Under the pieces are notes generated by a model. It made no database searches. It was not told the DNA's origin and saw only the letters and a list, made by a program, of their open reading frames with translations. A program made the position numbers and the translations under genes. Shown here piece after piece: positions 24,823 through 36,443 of a stretch of 42,069 bases of DNA. Where the stretch lies: assembly GCA_044892505.1 (NCBI GenBank), contig CM097882.1, positions 40,362,001 to 40,404,069 on the forward strand. The letters are read 5' to 3'. Position 1 is the first letter of the stretch, and every line of letters begins with the position of its first letter. The DNA comes from Schmidtea nova (lineage: Eukaryota).

Positions 24823-25144
24823 CTAGCGAAAGATTGATATAATTCGTATGGAATTCCTGTCATTACACCAGCTCCGTCTCCTGTGTCGTTGTCAGAACTA
24901 ACTGCGCCACGATGTTCCATACTAATGAGCATGTATCGAGCTTCTTCGATAATCTTGTAGTTAATTAAAGTTACAATTATTAATTCAATAGCTTATTTTT
25001 AAATTTTTTGCACGGAATTTAACTTACTTTATGTGTTTGTCTTCCATTTATATCGACTACAAATCCAACTCCGCAAGAATCTTTCTCTAAATTCGGATCG
25101 TAAAGTCCGGTATTAGCCGGATAGTTAGAAAAAGACAAATTCAT
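24823..25144 (-). CDS. GLT1: Glutamate synthase (GOGAT), coding exons 1 (25144-25028) and 2 (24953-24823)
   Basis: Spliced translation is MNLSFSNYPANTGLYDPNLEKDSCGVGFVVDINGRQTHK|IIEEARYMLISMEHRGAVSSDNDTGDGAGVMTGIPYELYQSFA. It has the class-II amidotransferase CGVGF, MxHRGA and GDGAG motifs, a 74-nt GTAAGT...AG intron and a GTAAC donor after exon 2. Confidence 0.93.
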
Positions 25145-25706
25145 TTTTTAATCGATTAAAATTTATTACAGAAGAATGTTTTTAAATGAATTAGCGAATC
25201 ACAAAACAATTTTTATAACTTTACTATTTATCCAATAGAATTTGAATAATATTTGGTGTGTAATAAATTCTGGCTAAATGGCATACAACCACATCATTTC
25301 GAGATTTGTTGTGAAGTTAATTTTTTGATCTACTGCATATTGTTTATTTTTATTTTGATATGCTTTTTTGTTTATTCAAGTAATTTAATCAAGCATTAAA
25401 GCAATCAATTTTTTAATAATATTTTTCGAATTATCAAATTCAAGAAAACTATTAGCTATTCAAGACTTTGTTAAAACTAATAAGTTTATTATTCCTTAAT
25501 TTTTTTGATGGAAAAATATTTTATTTTTCTAAAGTCAGACTTTTATAAAGCTTATGAATAAAAATGCCTTTTTTTAATTAGAGTTAAAAAGTGGTTTACA
25601 ATCATCGAAATAGTTCATAAAATCCAACCAAATTCGAAATGAATATTTTATCAAATAGGGCAAAGTTAAAATTTCGAATCCAATTAATTTGTATTAATAA
25701 TTGTCA

Positions 25707-25768
25707 CACTTGATTAAGGCTGTGCCGAAATATTGTGTACTTGTAAAAAAAATTTTATTGATCTATAG
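25707..25768. repeat. Single arm of the palindromic repeat seen complete at 41948-42069; its end is the hAT target site
   Basis: CACTTGATTAAGGCTGTGCCGAAATATTGTGT...TTGATCTATAG closely matches 42006-42068. Confidence 0.85.
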
Positions 25769-26399
25769 CAGCGTTTCCCAAAGATTTTTCACCGCGGCAC
25801 CTTTTTTGATTTCAAATTTTTGACGGAACCCTATTTACAAAAATCTTAGAATTTTAATATCGGGAATATTAATAAGAGATTTAGTATTATAGAAAATTAT
25901 AGCAATAAAAAGACTGTACGCACAATGCAAATGTTGCCAGATCTAGTTTTTATATAGTGAATGAAATAGAATGGAAATGCATTTTTGAAGGCAATATCAA
26001 TGGAATTAAAAAAAGAATTTTAAATTAGATCGAATAAAATCGAGAATTATTTATTAATCTTTTTTTATAAATCTTTTTTTTATAAACTTTTTGGTGGGTT
26101 GTTGATTGTCAATATGACCTTGACGTTGCTATGGCTCTCACCAACAACTCAACACATAAAACATTAGATTAACCATCTTGTTGCCCGTCACAATGTAACG
26201 TTGGTAATGCAACAAATGGGTGGGTATTCGCAATCAGTGAGCGTCGAAAATTCGAAACTATGATTGACCAAATATCTCCTGGGTCCAAGGGCTACCGATA
26301 GAAGGTTTAATGCCCATTTTGTCCCTTCTTTAATGATTTAACTGCAGATATATATTTTAAATTAACAAAAATGAAGTAATTTCATTAATTAAAATTTAT

Positions 26400-27400
26400 T
26401 AATTTGTCCCAATCAATCATTATGCACGGTATTATCTAAATTCTCGGGAATTTTTCGCACGTTCACTCTATTCGTAAGCTCGTACTCAAACATCATCACA
26501 AATTCAATTAGGGGATCGAATAATCTTTTACCAACACATATGTTCGGGGTATTTGATTTCCATTGATTTTAACTAAACTTTTAGTATTTGAGAGATTTTT
26601 TTAAATATATATATAATTTTGTGTCAGTAAATTTAACTAAATCCTACTTATCCCCTATACCTAATGTCTATCTTGCTATTTTACAATATATTTCTGATTT
26701 TACTAAAAAAAATTTTTTTATTTTAATTTTTGAAATTTTGCCGCGTCCCTAGCAACAGGTAACGAGGAAATTATTCTAATATTTTGTTCAATTAAGTTGT
26801 ATATTTATTTTACGGTTTACGAATTTCAATATTACTTTTATGTTAAAAATTATATTTCAATTTAGGAACTCGAATTCAAATCACCTCCTCATCAGGAATG
26901 CTTAAGATCCCCGGACTAAAAGAAGACTATATAACCGACAAACGAAATTTCGTAAGTTTTCATTGGTCAATTTTAATTTCGTATAAAGAAATTATCGATT
27001 GCCTATTCAAACTTTTGAATATGATTTTCGGCATGGGAATTCCGAATATACAAGATAGTAAGTTGATTCATTTTCTATCGAAGCTTATTTTATTGTGTAG
27101 TCAATTTTCAGGTAAGTATTACGCATTAGGAAGGGTCTTGGCAAAAGATTTCTCCAATTATTACATCATATCTAATTATGCAGTATAGAGAAAGCGGTTT
27201 TGCAGTAAGAGATTTGCATTTGTTTTATTTATACATTTAAGATTTTCTTCCTCTTTTAGCTTTATACTTCAGCCCTATCATACTCCATGGCCGTTGGTTA
27301 TCAATTTCTCCCTTCACATTTGGAAAATTTCGAACTCGATTCTATTTGGAATTTACAGCACTTTTGCTAATAATGGATTTATATTGATTTCGACGCGCTA
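26400..27400 (+). pseudogene. Multi-exon gene fragment with very short introns inside the hAT; product unknown
   Basis: GT-AG intron candidates of 38 nt (26474-26511), 36 nt (26549-26584) and 37 nt (26952-26988). One spliced chain reads YYLNSREFFARSLYS|GSNNLLPTHMFG|YLRDFFKY and another EGSWQKISPIITSYLIMQYRESGFA|LYTSALSYSMAVGYQFLPSHL. Not all junctions stay open. Confidence 0.5.
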
Positions 27401-27859
27401 AATTATTTGGAATCCACTAATGTCAAACGACTTTGACATTATATAATCAAATTCTTTCCAGCATCAATCGGAAATCACTGATTTGTAGATCTCGTTCCGC
27501 AATGTCTTTCCTTTATGACTTTGGGCAAAAAAAAATTGATTATTGTAAGTCTTCCACACTATTTTGTAATTAAATAATAAAAGTTTTATAAGTTTTTCGA
27601 TCAAAAAAATGTTATAATTTTTCAGCTTTTTCTTTTTATTGTATTATTTCACAAATATAAATTTTATTGTAAATATATTTTATCTAAATAGAAATGTGAG
27701 TGCCAAATTTCATAACTAAAAGGAAAACTTTAACATAAATATTTTGTTATGTTGGGTGTACGAGTTTGCGTATTAGGTAGCGTAGATTGCATCTCCAATA
27801 TTTAGTACTTTAGGGTGGTATTAATTCTAATAAAACAGATCTAGTTTTTTTTATATGGT

Positions 27860-28440
27860 ATTACTGAGTGAGATAAATGAGATATATGAAGTAGCAGTCG
27901 GATGAATTTGTTATGTGTGAAATTTGCTATGGATGTTGATTTTTGGATTAGCTGATTCTTCATGGAATCGTGGATGTGTTATGCTGTTGGTGAGTGTAGT
28001 ACTGAGTGAGATGGAGTGGCTTGTGTTGATGTAGGAACTTTTAGGTGTGATGGGAGATGTGGACGTGAATAGCAAGTTTGTGTGTATGTATACTATTATA
28101 AGTTTGAAATGAATATCCTCTTGTTGTGAATGTATGTGATGGTATGTTGAGTGAAATGGTAAATCATTTATGGATGTGAATGTTTGTGCAAATTCTGGAT
28201 GCATGATGCAGACAGACGGTGTTGAATGAAACAATGTTGTGTATGTTGGTGTATGGATGTATTGTCTATTGTAGTGTCTAGTATAGGAGATCTTATTGAT
28301 TGAAATGTGTTAGTGTGTGTATGTGTGTGTTGGGAATTGAATGTATTTTTGTATTGTATTAGGTATGGGTGTTACTAATAAATGAAATGGATGTAAGGTT
28401 TTGCTAATATGGATGCATTAAGATTTTTGTGATATCGTGG
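27860..28440. other. Strand-asymmetric G/T-rich (minus strand C/A-rich) low-complexity tract
   Basis: For example, 16 G versus 3 C in 28261-28320 and 17 G versus 1 C in 28321-28380. ATGGATG/GGATGT motifs recur and TACTGAGTGAGAT occurs twice. Confidence 0.85.
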
Positions 28441-29649
28441 GGGGTATTTTGTAAAATAATATATTTATATATAAAATATTTTTTAGAATTAAAATAATAT
28501 TAATAATTTTACAATTCTTTTTACTAAATTTTAAATTTAGAATTTTATAAAAGTTATTTAATAATAAAATTTCAAATTTTTGTAATATAAATTTTTGGAT
28601 TCTAATTTTTATATTTTAGGGATATACATATATATTAATTGTAAATTTTCTACGAAATTTCAAATTTGGAATTTTATAAAAATGATAGAATTTTTAATAT
28701 AATAATAATATTTTTGATTTATACTTTTCATGTGTTCCAATATAATTTTTGATTTAAAAATTTCTGGGAAAATTTTTGATTTATAATTTTTTGATTATAA
28801 ATTTTTCGTAATATAGTATCTACAAAAGTAAACTTTTATTTTTATGATCAAATTTGAAATTCCATAAAATTCGTACAATAATAAAATTTTATCCAAAAAT
28901 TTCGCAATCCAAATAAAAATTCAATCTAAAAAAAATTTTATATAATAAATAAAAAAAAATATAAAATAAATTATAAATAAATTATAAATTTTTACAAAAG
29001 TCTTCGGTTTAATGAAGTTCAAATAGATGGAATCAATTTTTTTTCACACGTTCGAAGCATTTCTAATGATCATTGAGCTGTTTTTTTTGAACAAATCTTT
29101 GTAATTTTATAATTTTATAATTCTAAAAGGTTTGAATTTTTTATAAATCGACAATTATTCACTTCTTCTGTCATGATCTAAATAACTATATTGATCTTTG
29201 AGCATCTGTTTTTAACAATTTTCACAATTTCAACATCCATTTGGATCATAAGTTCTGAGGAGATAAGAAGGTTTTTGCGAAAGTGAAGGTGAATAACGAG
29301 CTGTGTGTTTTATACTAATAAGTTTTATGGAAATAAAGATAACACTGGACGAATTGACACTGATTTCCATCAAGACATAAAATCTTAATTTATTGTATGT
29401 TGTAAAATATAATTCAAATAAAAATACATTAATATAAATTGATCATCATTAATATGAAAACCTTGCCCTTGGCCAAGCCACTGTTGCCCAGTTGGGATGA
29501 AGTGATCATGGATGTTTGGGCGTATCACCTGAATCGGAAATATGGGCTGATCGATTATGAATCGAACCAGCGATCCGCTCAGACTACTTTCACCCGTACG
29601 GCTCAAAGCCTGAACAGATGTCAGAGTGTATGGAAGTGGTTTTAATGAA

Positions 29650-29653
<4 letters not shown>

Positions 29654-29721
<68 letters not shown>
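29654..29721. repeat. (TA)n microsatellite
   Basis: Direct reading. Confidence 0.98.
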
Positions 29722-29725
<4 letters not shown>

Positions 29726-31520
29726 GTATTTATATTATATGATAATATTATATGTATTTATTTATATGATAAATAACAATAAAATGATATTAGTAACTGA
29801 GAAAATGCGACGAAATTTAATAAAAGTTTGAATATAAAAATTATAATTTTCATAAAAGAATACATAAAATATCATATAGTACACATATAGAATAAAGTTA
29901 AAATAAGGAAAAATACTTAGGCCAGGTAGCGAGGGCATGATTTCGCGGGCCTTTATAATTAGTAAACAAATTCAAGTTTCTTACGAATAATTCGATTCCC
30001 GATCACAAATAATCTTCTTTCGTAATATTCTGGTAGAGTCACACTGGTATATTAGTAGTAAGAGATTCTTTGTAAAAATTTCCCTGCTAAAAACCTCAAA
30101 ATTTTTAGCAACAAAATTCTCCCGCAATACTTTTGCAAAATAGCATTAAAATTTCTCCTTTTTGAAGACTGTATTTATATAAAATTTTCTACATTTTTAA
30201 TTCCATTGAGGTTATAAAACAAATCGTTCTGGAAGGAGATTTTAATTTTCTCGAAATTAATTTCAACAATTTTCCGCAAAACTAAATTAATAATTTTACA
30301 TCAAATTTTCATAAAACTTTAAATAATTTCTTTTTAATCCAAAATTTTACTTTTGAATTAAAGTTTATTCTAATTTGATTTAATTTGTTGTAATTTCGAT
30401 CAAAATCATTTTCTTTTATATTTTTACGAATTTTTAAGATAAAATCGTAATCTTCCTTCTGCAAACATGCTAAATTTCCACAACCGAGGTTTTATAACGT
30501 AAATGCGTTCTCTACGTGCATATTCGATGTGTTTTTTGTCTATTCTGTCTTTTTAGACGTTCTTCTTTTAACTATTTTGATTTTTCCTTGATGTTTTGAT
30601 TAACGGACTTTAGATTAGAGTCTTGCGCGCTCTCTACTTGTTAATGCACTTTGGTCCACTTGAATATTTAGGTGTGTTTTCACTTAACTACTTCGATTTT
30701 ACTTGATGCTTTGGTTAAATTAGAATCTTGTGCGCTCTCTACTTGTTGTGTTACCGCTTCATTTAAACAATTTGCAGTTTTGGCCCAACATTTTTATATT
30801 CAAAAAGTTCGCGGAGCCGCTGCTATCAGTCCGCGGAACCCACTTTGGGAAACGCTGATCTATAGCTATACCGACATGGAAATTATTATAATTAAAAAGA
30901 GATCAAAGGTGAAACAAAAAGATAATTATGAATTCAATTCAGTCAATTAATAGAAGAAAAGTAAATAATAAGTTTTCGCGATTGCTCTTAAACAACACGT
31001 AAATTAAATAGATTAAAAATAGACGTGTAGTTATGTTTTAATAGTTATTAATGTTTGCATGATAATTAATTTACAAAGATATATAAATAAATAAGTTAAA
31101 TCAAACTCGGTTTTAAGAGACTGAACTTCCTTCATAGATTTATTTCAATTAAAATTTTATAAAAAGTGCCAAAATACTTGATTATTAAAACACCAGTTAA
31201 TTTAAATATCTAACTAAATAAATTGATCGTTTATTTTATCTTATTCAATCTTGATATTTTATAATGAATAAGTAATTTACAACATTGTTGTTAGAAGATG
31301 AAGAAACTAGTGAAAGGAAAAAGGTGCCGTGTGTTTCCTTTTGTTACTGTTTTACTCAAGGTGGTAAATGTTCAGGCGTTAATGTCTATAGTTTGTATGT
31401 TAAGGTTGGTGAAATCGAAAAATTATGCAATGGTGATATTTACTTCCATTTATTGTATATACTAGTAGCTAGTTATGTGTACTCCACAACAAAGTAAATT
31501 ACATAATCGATGGGTCACGA

Positions 31521-32200
31521 TCAATGAAAATCAAGCGATCCCATATAATATTTTTGATAGACCCCATTATTTTTTATTACAATGAAATGAAAAATTTTAT
31601 TTCGCAATTGATGATGTACTATTATTAGTTTGTCTAGATTTGGCGTCCAGCATAGTCTTGAATTGTAAAGGAAGATCTCCTTAATCACTATTTGGCGGGT
31701 CCAGCTTGAGGATTCGCGCCACTCTCCATGGAATTCGAACGGTAGGTTGGTGAACTCGCGATACTGTCCGGTAACTAGCTGTCGGGGCCGATCCAGTGAT
31801 GCATAACCGAGTTGATGGAGGTCAGCAGTCGGGATTTTAGAGAACGTGACTACCCATCGTGGGGTTAACTCGGCGTCGCCTAGGAGGATGAAACATTGGT
31901 AAGAAGTTCTGTTTGGATCATCTGACGACCATAGTGGGTTTCTCTCATACCATAGGTCCTCATTGGGTCTATCCCACAAGCTAAATGGAGCTTGGGTCTT
32001 GAAATGCCTTTGCCATTTGCGGATTTGGTGATTTGGTGATGCATATTATTTAGGATGTCATGAGGGACTTGTTTCAATGTCCAGGACCCAACTTGATTTA
32101 CCTTTCCGTTTCTGAAAGAGATGGTGGGTTTCCTCCGTGATAACTTCGAGTCCGGTTGAGAAATCGCTGATATAGGTACCATAACTGTGGTGCTAGTTCA
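31521..32200 (-). pseudogene. GC-rich orphan coding remnant, unknown family
   Basis: 152-codon ORF (31521-31979) that extends upstream through two stops. It has 34/60 G+C in 31741-31800 versus 9/60 in 31201-31260. No motif was recognised. Confidence 0.5.
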
Positions 32201-32589
32201 ATTTATATTTACCAAATAGCAGCTTTTACTTGTAACTCCGGGTATTAGATTATACGTTAAAAGTTTTATTATTCTTCCAATCGATTATTGGGAAATCTGA
32301 TTTTATGCGCTTCTCCTAAATAATGGTACAGGTATTGTGTCTATGTTGGAATCACGATCGACAGCAATTAAAATGGTAGCGAGTGGTATTAATTATTGTG
32401 ATCGCATTTAATGACAAGATTAAAATTTTGATGATCGGTTTTCAGTGGCTAATCAATTAACCCAGAATATCGGTTGGTCTAGTGTGCACAGTTGGTTGGG
32501 TAATATTGCCTGAATTACTTCAAATTTAACTAGTGAATCAGATACTCACACTATCTCGCTATTCATTAACCAATTATTCCACATTTATT

Positions 32590-33350
32590 CAGAGGCGTAG
32601 CGAGACTATGCGGCGCCCGGGCCAAGGTTTATATTTGGCGCCCCACACACAAAACTTGTAACATAGTGATAGGAGAGTAATTGGGTGACAGATAGTCCAA
32701 TAGTCCAATTATCATGCATAAAATAGTTAAATAAATTTAAACTATTATAAGCAAACATTTCAAAGCAGCACGCGATCTTTGCCTTTCTATTTGAAACTGA
32801 TCTTCAACTTCTGTATCTAATCCTTTTTTATTTATAATCCTTCGCTCTGCTTCTTCCATGCAGTAAATGACTCACGGTAGGTGGGGTTGTTCTCATGAGC
32901 CACAAAAACTTTTCAGGACTTTTCCACTTTTTAAAGTCACGAACCAATGTAAAGGAAGATCGAGAATTAGTAGCGGGTGAAAGAAAGAGCAAACAACAGA
33001 AACAATAAGCAGCATCTTTTTTTCGGGAAATAAATTAGTCAAGATTGATTTACTTCCTCTTCATTAGCGAGTTTACGCTTGAAAAACCAAGTTTTCATTG
33101 AGTGTCCATGAACCAACGTAAACGGGCTTTCGGCGTATTGAAATACTGAAGCTCCGCAGGTTATCAGTTCAGTGCGAAGTTTCTGTGACACTATTGCTAG
33201 TTGTGACTTTTGGTCGAACTCTAAGTAACAAATGTCATTGAACATGAGAACTGCAGGAATACCACTTCCGGGGTCATAATCATTACCATCGTTACATCCT
33301 CCGTTTTCATAGCCAGACATATTGGCGTCACCTTCAACGTTATTGTTTTC
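32590..33350 (-). mobile_element. hAT remnant with ZMYM1-like (TTF zinc finger) transposase N-terminus and one TIR
   Basis: KLRTELITCGASVFQ...WFFKRKLANEEEVNQS*LIYFPKKDAAYCFCCLLF...FKKWK resembles ZMYM1-like hAT transposases. Terminus CAGAGGCGTAGCGAG is at 32590. Confidence 0.8.
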
Positions 33351-34716
33351 GTCATTTGAAGTATACAATTGGTTCATCTACAATTGTCATTTGTGGTTGA
33401 GCCTTTGTGTTAGATCCAGGCCAGTTGTGATTGATCAGAATTTTGAGAACCGAACGAATGTCGCATTTCATAGAGACAGCACTTTTTCCATCGTCACATT
33501 TAAGAAGACATATACAATAATCAGATTTGATCAAGGCTTGAGAGAAAAGAATAGCAAAGACCAATGTAGAAAATCCACCACTAATAAATTCTTCCCATAT
33601 GTTTTCTGGGGATAATTTAATTAGCGGTGTTCTTCCGAAAAAAATCCCAACATATGTGCCATAATATCATTACATAGAATCATAGAATCTGTAACTGAAA
33701 ATTACATAATTCCATTGAATATACTGTTTATCATAAAATGCGAAGAAGTGACTATTATTAGCAGTATTACATGGCCCCATCCAAAAAATGTAAATTGTTG
33801 CAGATAATGCTTCTTCACCAAGCTGAGAAATGAACCACCTAATGCCAGAACTATATTTACAGAACGATATAAACTGATGGTGAGAAACAAGCGATCGCAG
33901 GAGGGAGCTTCACTTTTTTGCGTGGGTTTTTGAATGGAGGTGGCAGTCTGTATTTAGGGTTGGTCTCGATTCCCATTGAATCACATCCTTTACCATAAAG
34001 GTTTCACTTTCATTTTGTTCTCCATTCATCGATTCATCTTCGTAATATAATGTGTCATCTTCCTCGGAATCTGTTTCCGTATAGTTGGATTTGCTATCTG
34101 ATACTGAATCCACATCAGAATTTTATTCTGCAATAGTATCTTCATTTTCTAAATCTGATTCTACTTCAATTGCACGACGAATTTGATCCTCATTCAAACC
34201 TCTATTCATATTTTGCCTTGAGCCCATTTTGCTATTTTATAATAATTAATATTTAATCGTTATATTTATTACTTACTTTCATGTTTTGATAAAAAACTTT
34301 GCCGTAATTCAAGTATGCTTTTTCAATATAACTACTTAGATTTAGATATAACAAAACCACTGTACTCGGCAAATTATTCACAAAAATGAAGAAATTAAAA
34401 GCTACTTTACAAGATTTTCGCATTATCGGGGAATCCCCTTTTTAAATTTTTAAATTTTTCTTGTGAAATTTAAGTGTTTCTATATAAATTTATTTGATGA
34501 GTCTTTCGGACTCTTCTGTCCGTTTATGTTATTTTTCTTATTTTTCAAAAATACGTTATTTTAAAAATTTCGAAAAAATTCGAACACTGTTTTAAGAAAA
34601 TTCATGATTCGTTAAAAAATGTGCAAAAAAAGTAAATTTGAATTAGCATTTTAATTTTGGTTTACATATGGTTAAGAAACATAAGAGTCCAAAAGTCTCT
34701 TCTGTCCGATTAAAGG
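33351..34716 (-). mobile_element. piggyBac 5' half (terminus + acidic N-terminus to first catalytic Asp), decayed
   Basis: TTAA|CCTTTAATCGGACAGAAGAGAC terminus (TTAA at 34717-34720); subterminal repeat CTCTTCTGTCCG at ~34511 and ~34697; acidic N-terminus; CLLKCDD (cf. LRFDD) and TIVDEPIVYFK*R (cf. TIDEQLVPFRGR). Confidence 0.8.
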
Positions 34717-36443
34717 TTAAAGGATTCCGCGTATTAAACTCTACTCATAAAATAAATATATGTATACTGTTGGTGTAATGCCATCAGGGTGATAGCCGCA
34801 CTGCTGGGGATTCTTCAGAGTTCTGCCAGCGCGGTGAGAATTAACTAAACTTCATTGACAATTAAATTTTAGGAGATGGGGATTAGAAAATTAAGGACAT
34901 AAGTGTAGAGTAAACCTGAGGTGGTTAAGAGAGATTACATTTACAATTTTAAGAATGGATATGCGAAAATCGAAGATGGTGTCAGGAAATCGAAAACTAA
35001 GATATAATCATGTGATAGGACCGAAAAGTAGGCAGATGCGTAAGTCCTTCTATCGACAGCAAGAACCCGAAAGAGAGAATATAGTGAGAAGTAGTTTCAA
35101 TAAAAAAGCTCACCTACTCACTAGATTCTCGTCACCGAGTACAGTACCAACATAGTTAATTAGGGAATAACTATGGGTACACGAATGAGGTAGTTTAATA
35201 TTTATGATGGGCTATGGGTTGTATAATTCTCTAGAGGCAACAATAAATTTTATAACAACATCCATATCATCCAACAATATTAAAGAAATTATTTACCTAA
35301 TAGAAAATTCGAGCGGTATGGAAAACCAGAGTTGTCAACAAAATTATTAAATTTCTAGGGAAAATTGAATAATTGAATAAGAGTAAGCCTGGGCCAGCAG
35401 CGCTTAAGGAAAAATTAATTAACGGGAAATCCATAGAAAGATTAAAAGCCCGAGTGGTGAAGGGAACCTGAAGTTTTTTAGATTGATTTATTGAGACGCG
35501 CTGACTAATTATTTAATCAAAAAGTACTATACAAAGAGAAACGAATTTAGTTTTCTTGCCAATTGGTCGAAAATAGTTTTACGAAGATAAATTATTAGAT
35601 AGAATTCACTTCAAACTGGAAGACCTAACTCTATCGCTGAAAAATGCAGAAGCAACAAGCGTAATTTTAATAGTGTATCGAAATTGAAATTAAAGTTATT
35701 GTATAGGGGTTTAGTCAATTTATAGGACACTAGGAGTCAGAGAGTAAAAGACTATCTAATAGTAACTCAACAACATGAATTTACTCAGTAAAATTGTAGA
35801 TAAAAATATCCTAATGTATGCCGAAATATAAATAGAGAATTTTCAATATTTTTTTACAAACTGAGAGAATAAAATTGGCTAATTAAATCACCTTTGCGAG
35901 TTTTAGCTTTTAAATAAGCCAATTTGACTTGATAAAAATGGGTATTTAAATGATTAGGTCCAATTTCCACAAAATTGGACACTTGTTACCTTGTAACTAA
36001 CTATAACCCGTTAAGTTTTACTACCTTTGTAATGTATAAATAATAATATTCCATTTAAATTTTAATGATATCAAATATAAATATTTAATAAAACATAATT
36101 TAAAATTTTTGATTCAGCATTTATTTAGAAATTATGAATCCTAAATAAATATCTTTAAATTTTATTTATAGTATTGAAAATTAAAAAGTTCACTTTTAGT
36201 AACTAATAATTCTATTTTTCATTTTCATATCTTTGTTTTATTTTGTTTAAATATTTTAAAGCATTAATAAAAATTCAACTATAATTACTCTATTGTTTTG
36301 ATTTAATTATTCTATAAGTTCTCAAATTCAAAATTTATACATGAACTATCAAATTTTTCTAATAACTAATTTCTAATTATTAATACTAAACAGTTTTTCT
36401 TGAATTTTAGATTAATAAATTAATTAATGTTTGATATTATTAA

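Larger units (their letters stand above)
25769..30857. mobile_element. hAT (Buster/Charlie-like) element, 5089 bp, no intact transposase
   Basis: Perfect 15-bp TIR CAGCGTTTCCCAAAG at both ends. The 8-bp TSD ATCTATAG is at 25761-25768 and 30858-30865, and its nnnTAnnn pattern is typical of Buster targets. Confidence 0.93.

Noticed and set aside
26830-26900. Hammerhead on the minus strand (CTGATGA at 26889-26895)
   Set aside because: No helix II closing next to a GAAA, and no helix I/III complementarity.
26100-27500. Minus-strand Buster transposase remnant (FSTL and ITNG/SMIG-like fragments)
   Set aside because: The matches are short and out of frame, and key motifs (LDESTD, RWLSRG) are absent; plus-strand splice signals explain the region better. 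Not fully excluded.
27911-28234. His/Thr/Ser-rich protein-coding gene
   Set aside because: The open frame is expected from the C/A-rich, stop-poor composition; no domain features.
29540-29630. tRNA or SINE (B-box-like GGTTCGATTC on the minus strand, 29559-29568)
   Set aside because: No convincing A-box or cloverleaf could be built.
34900-35800. Additional LTR element (PBS-like TGGTGTCAGGA at ~34977)
   Set aside because: No preceding CA-ended LTR and no recognisable gag or pol motifs; the region is likely a decayed repeat but cannot be classified.
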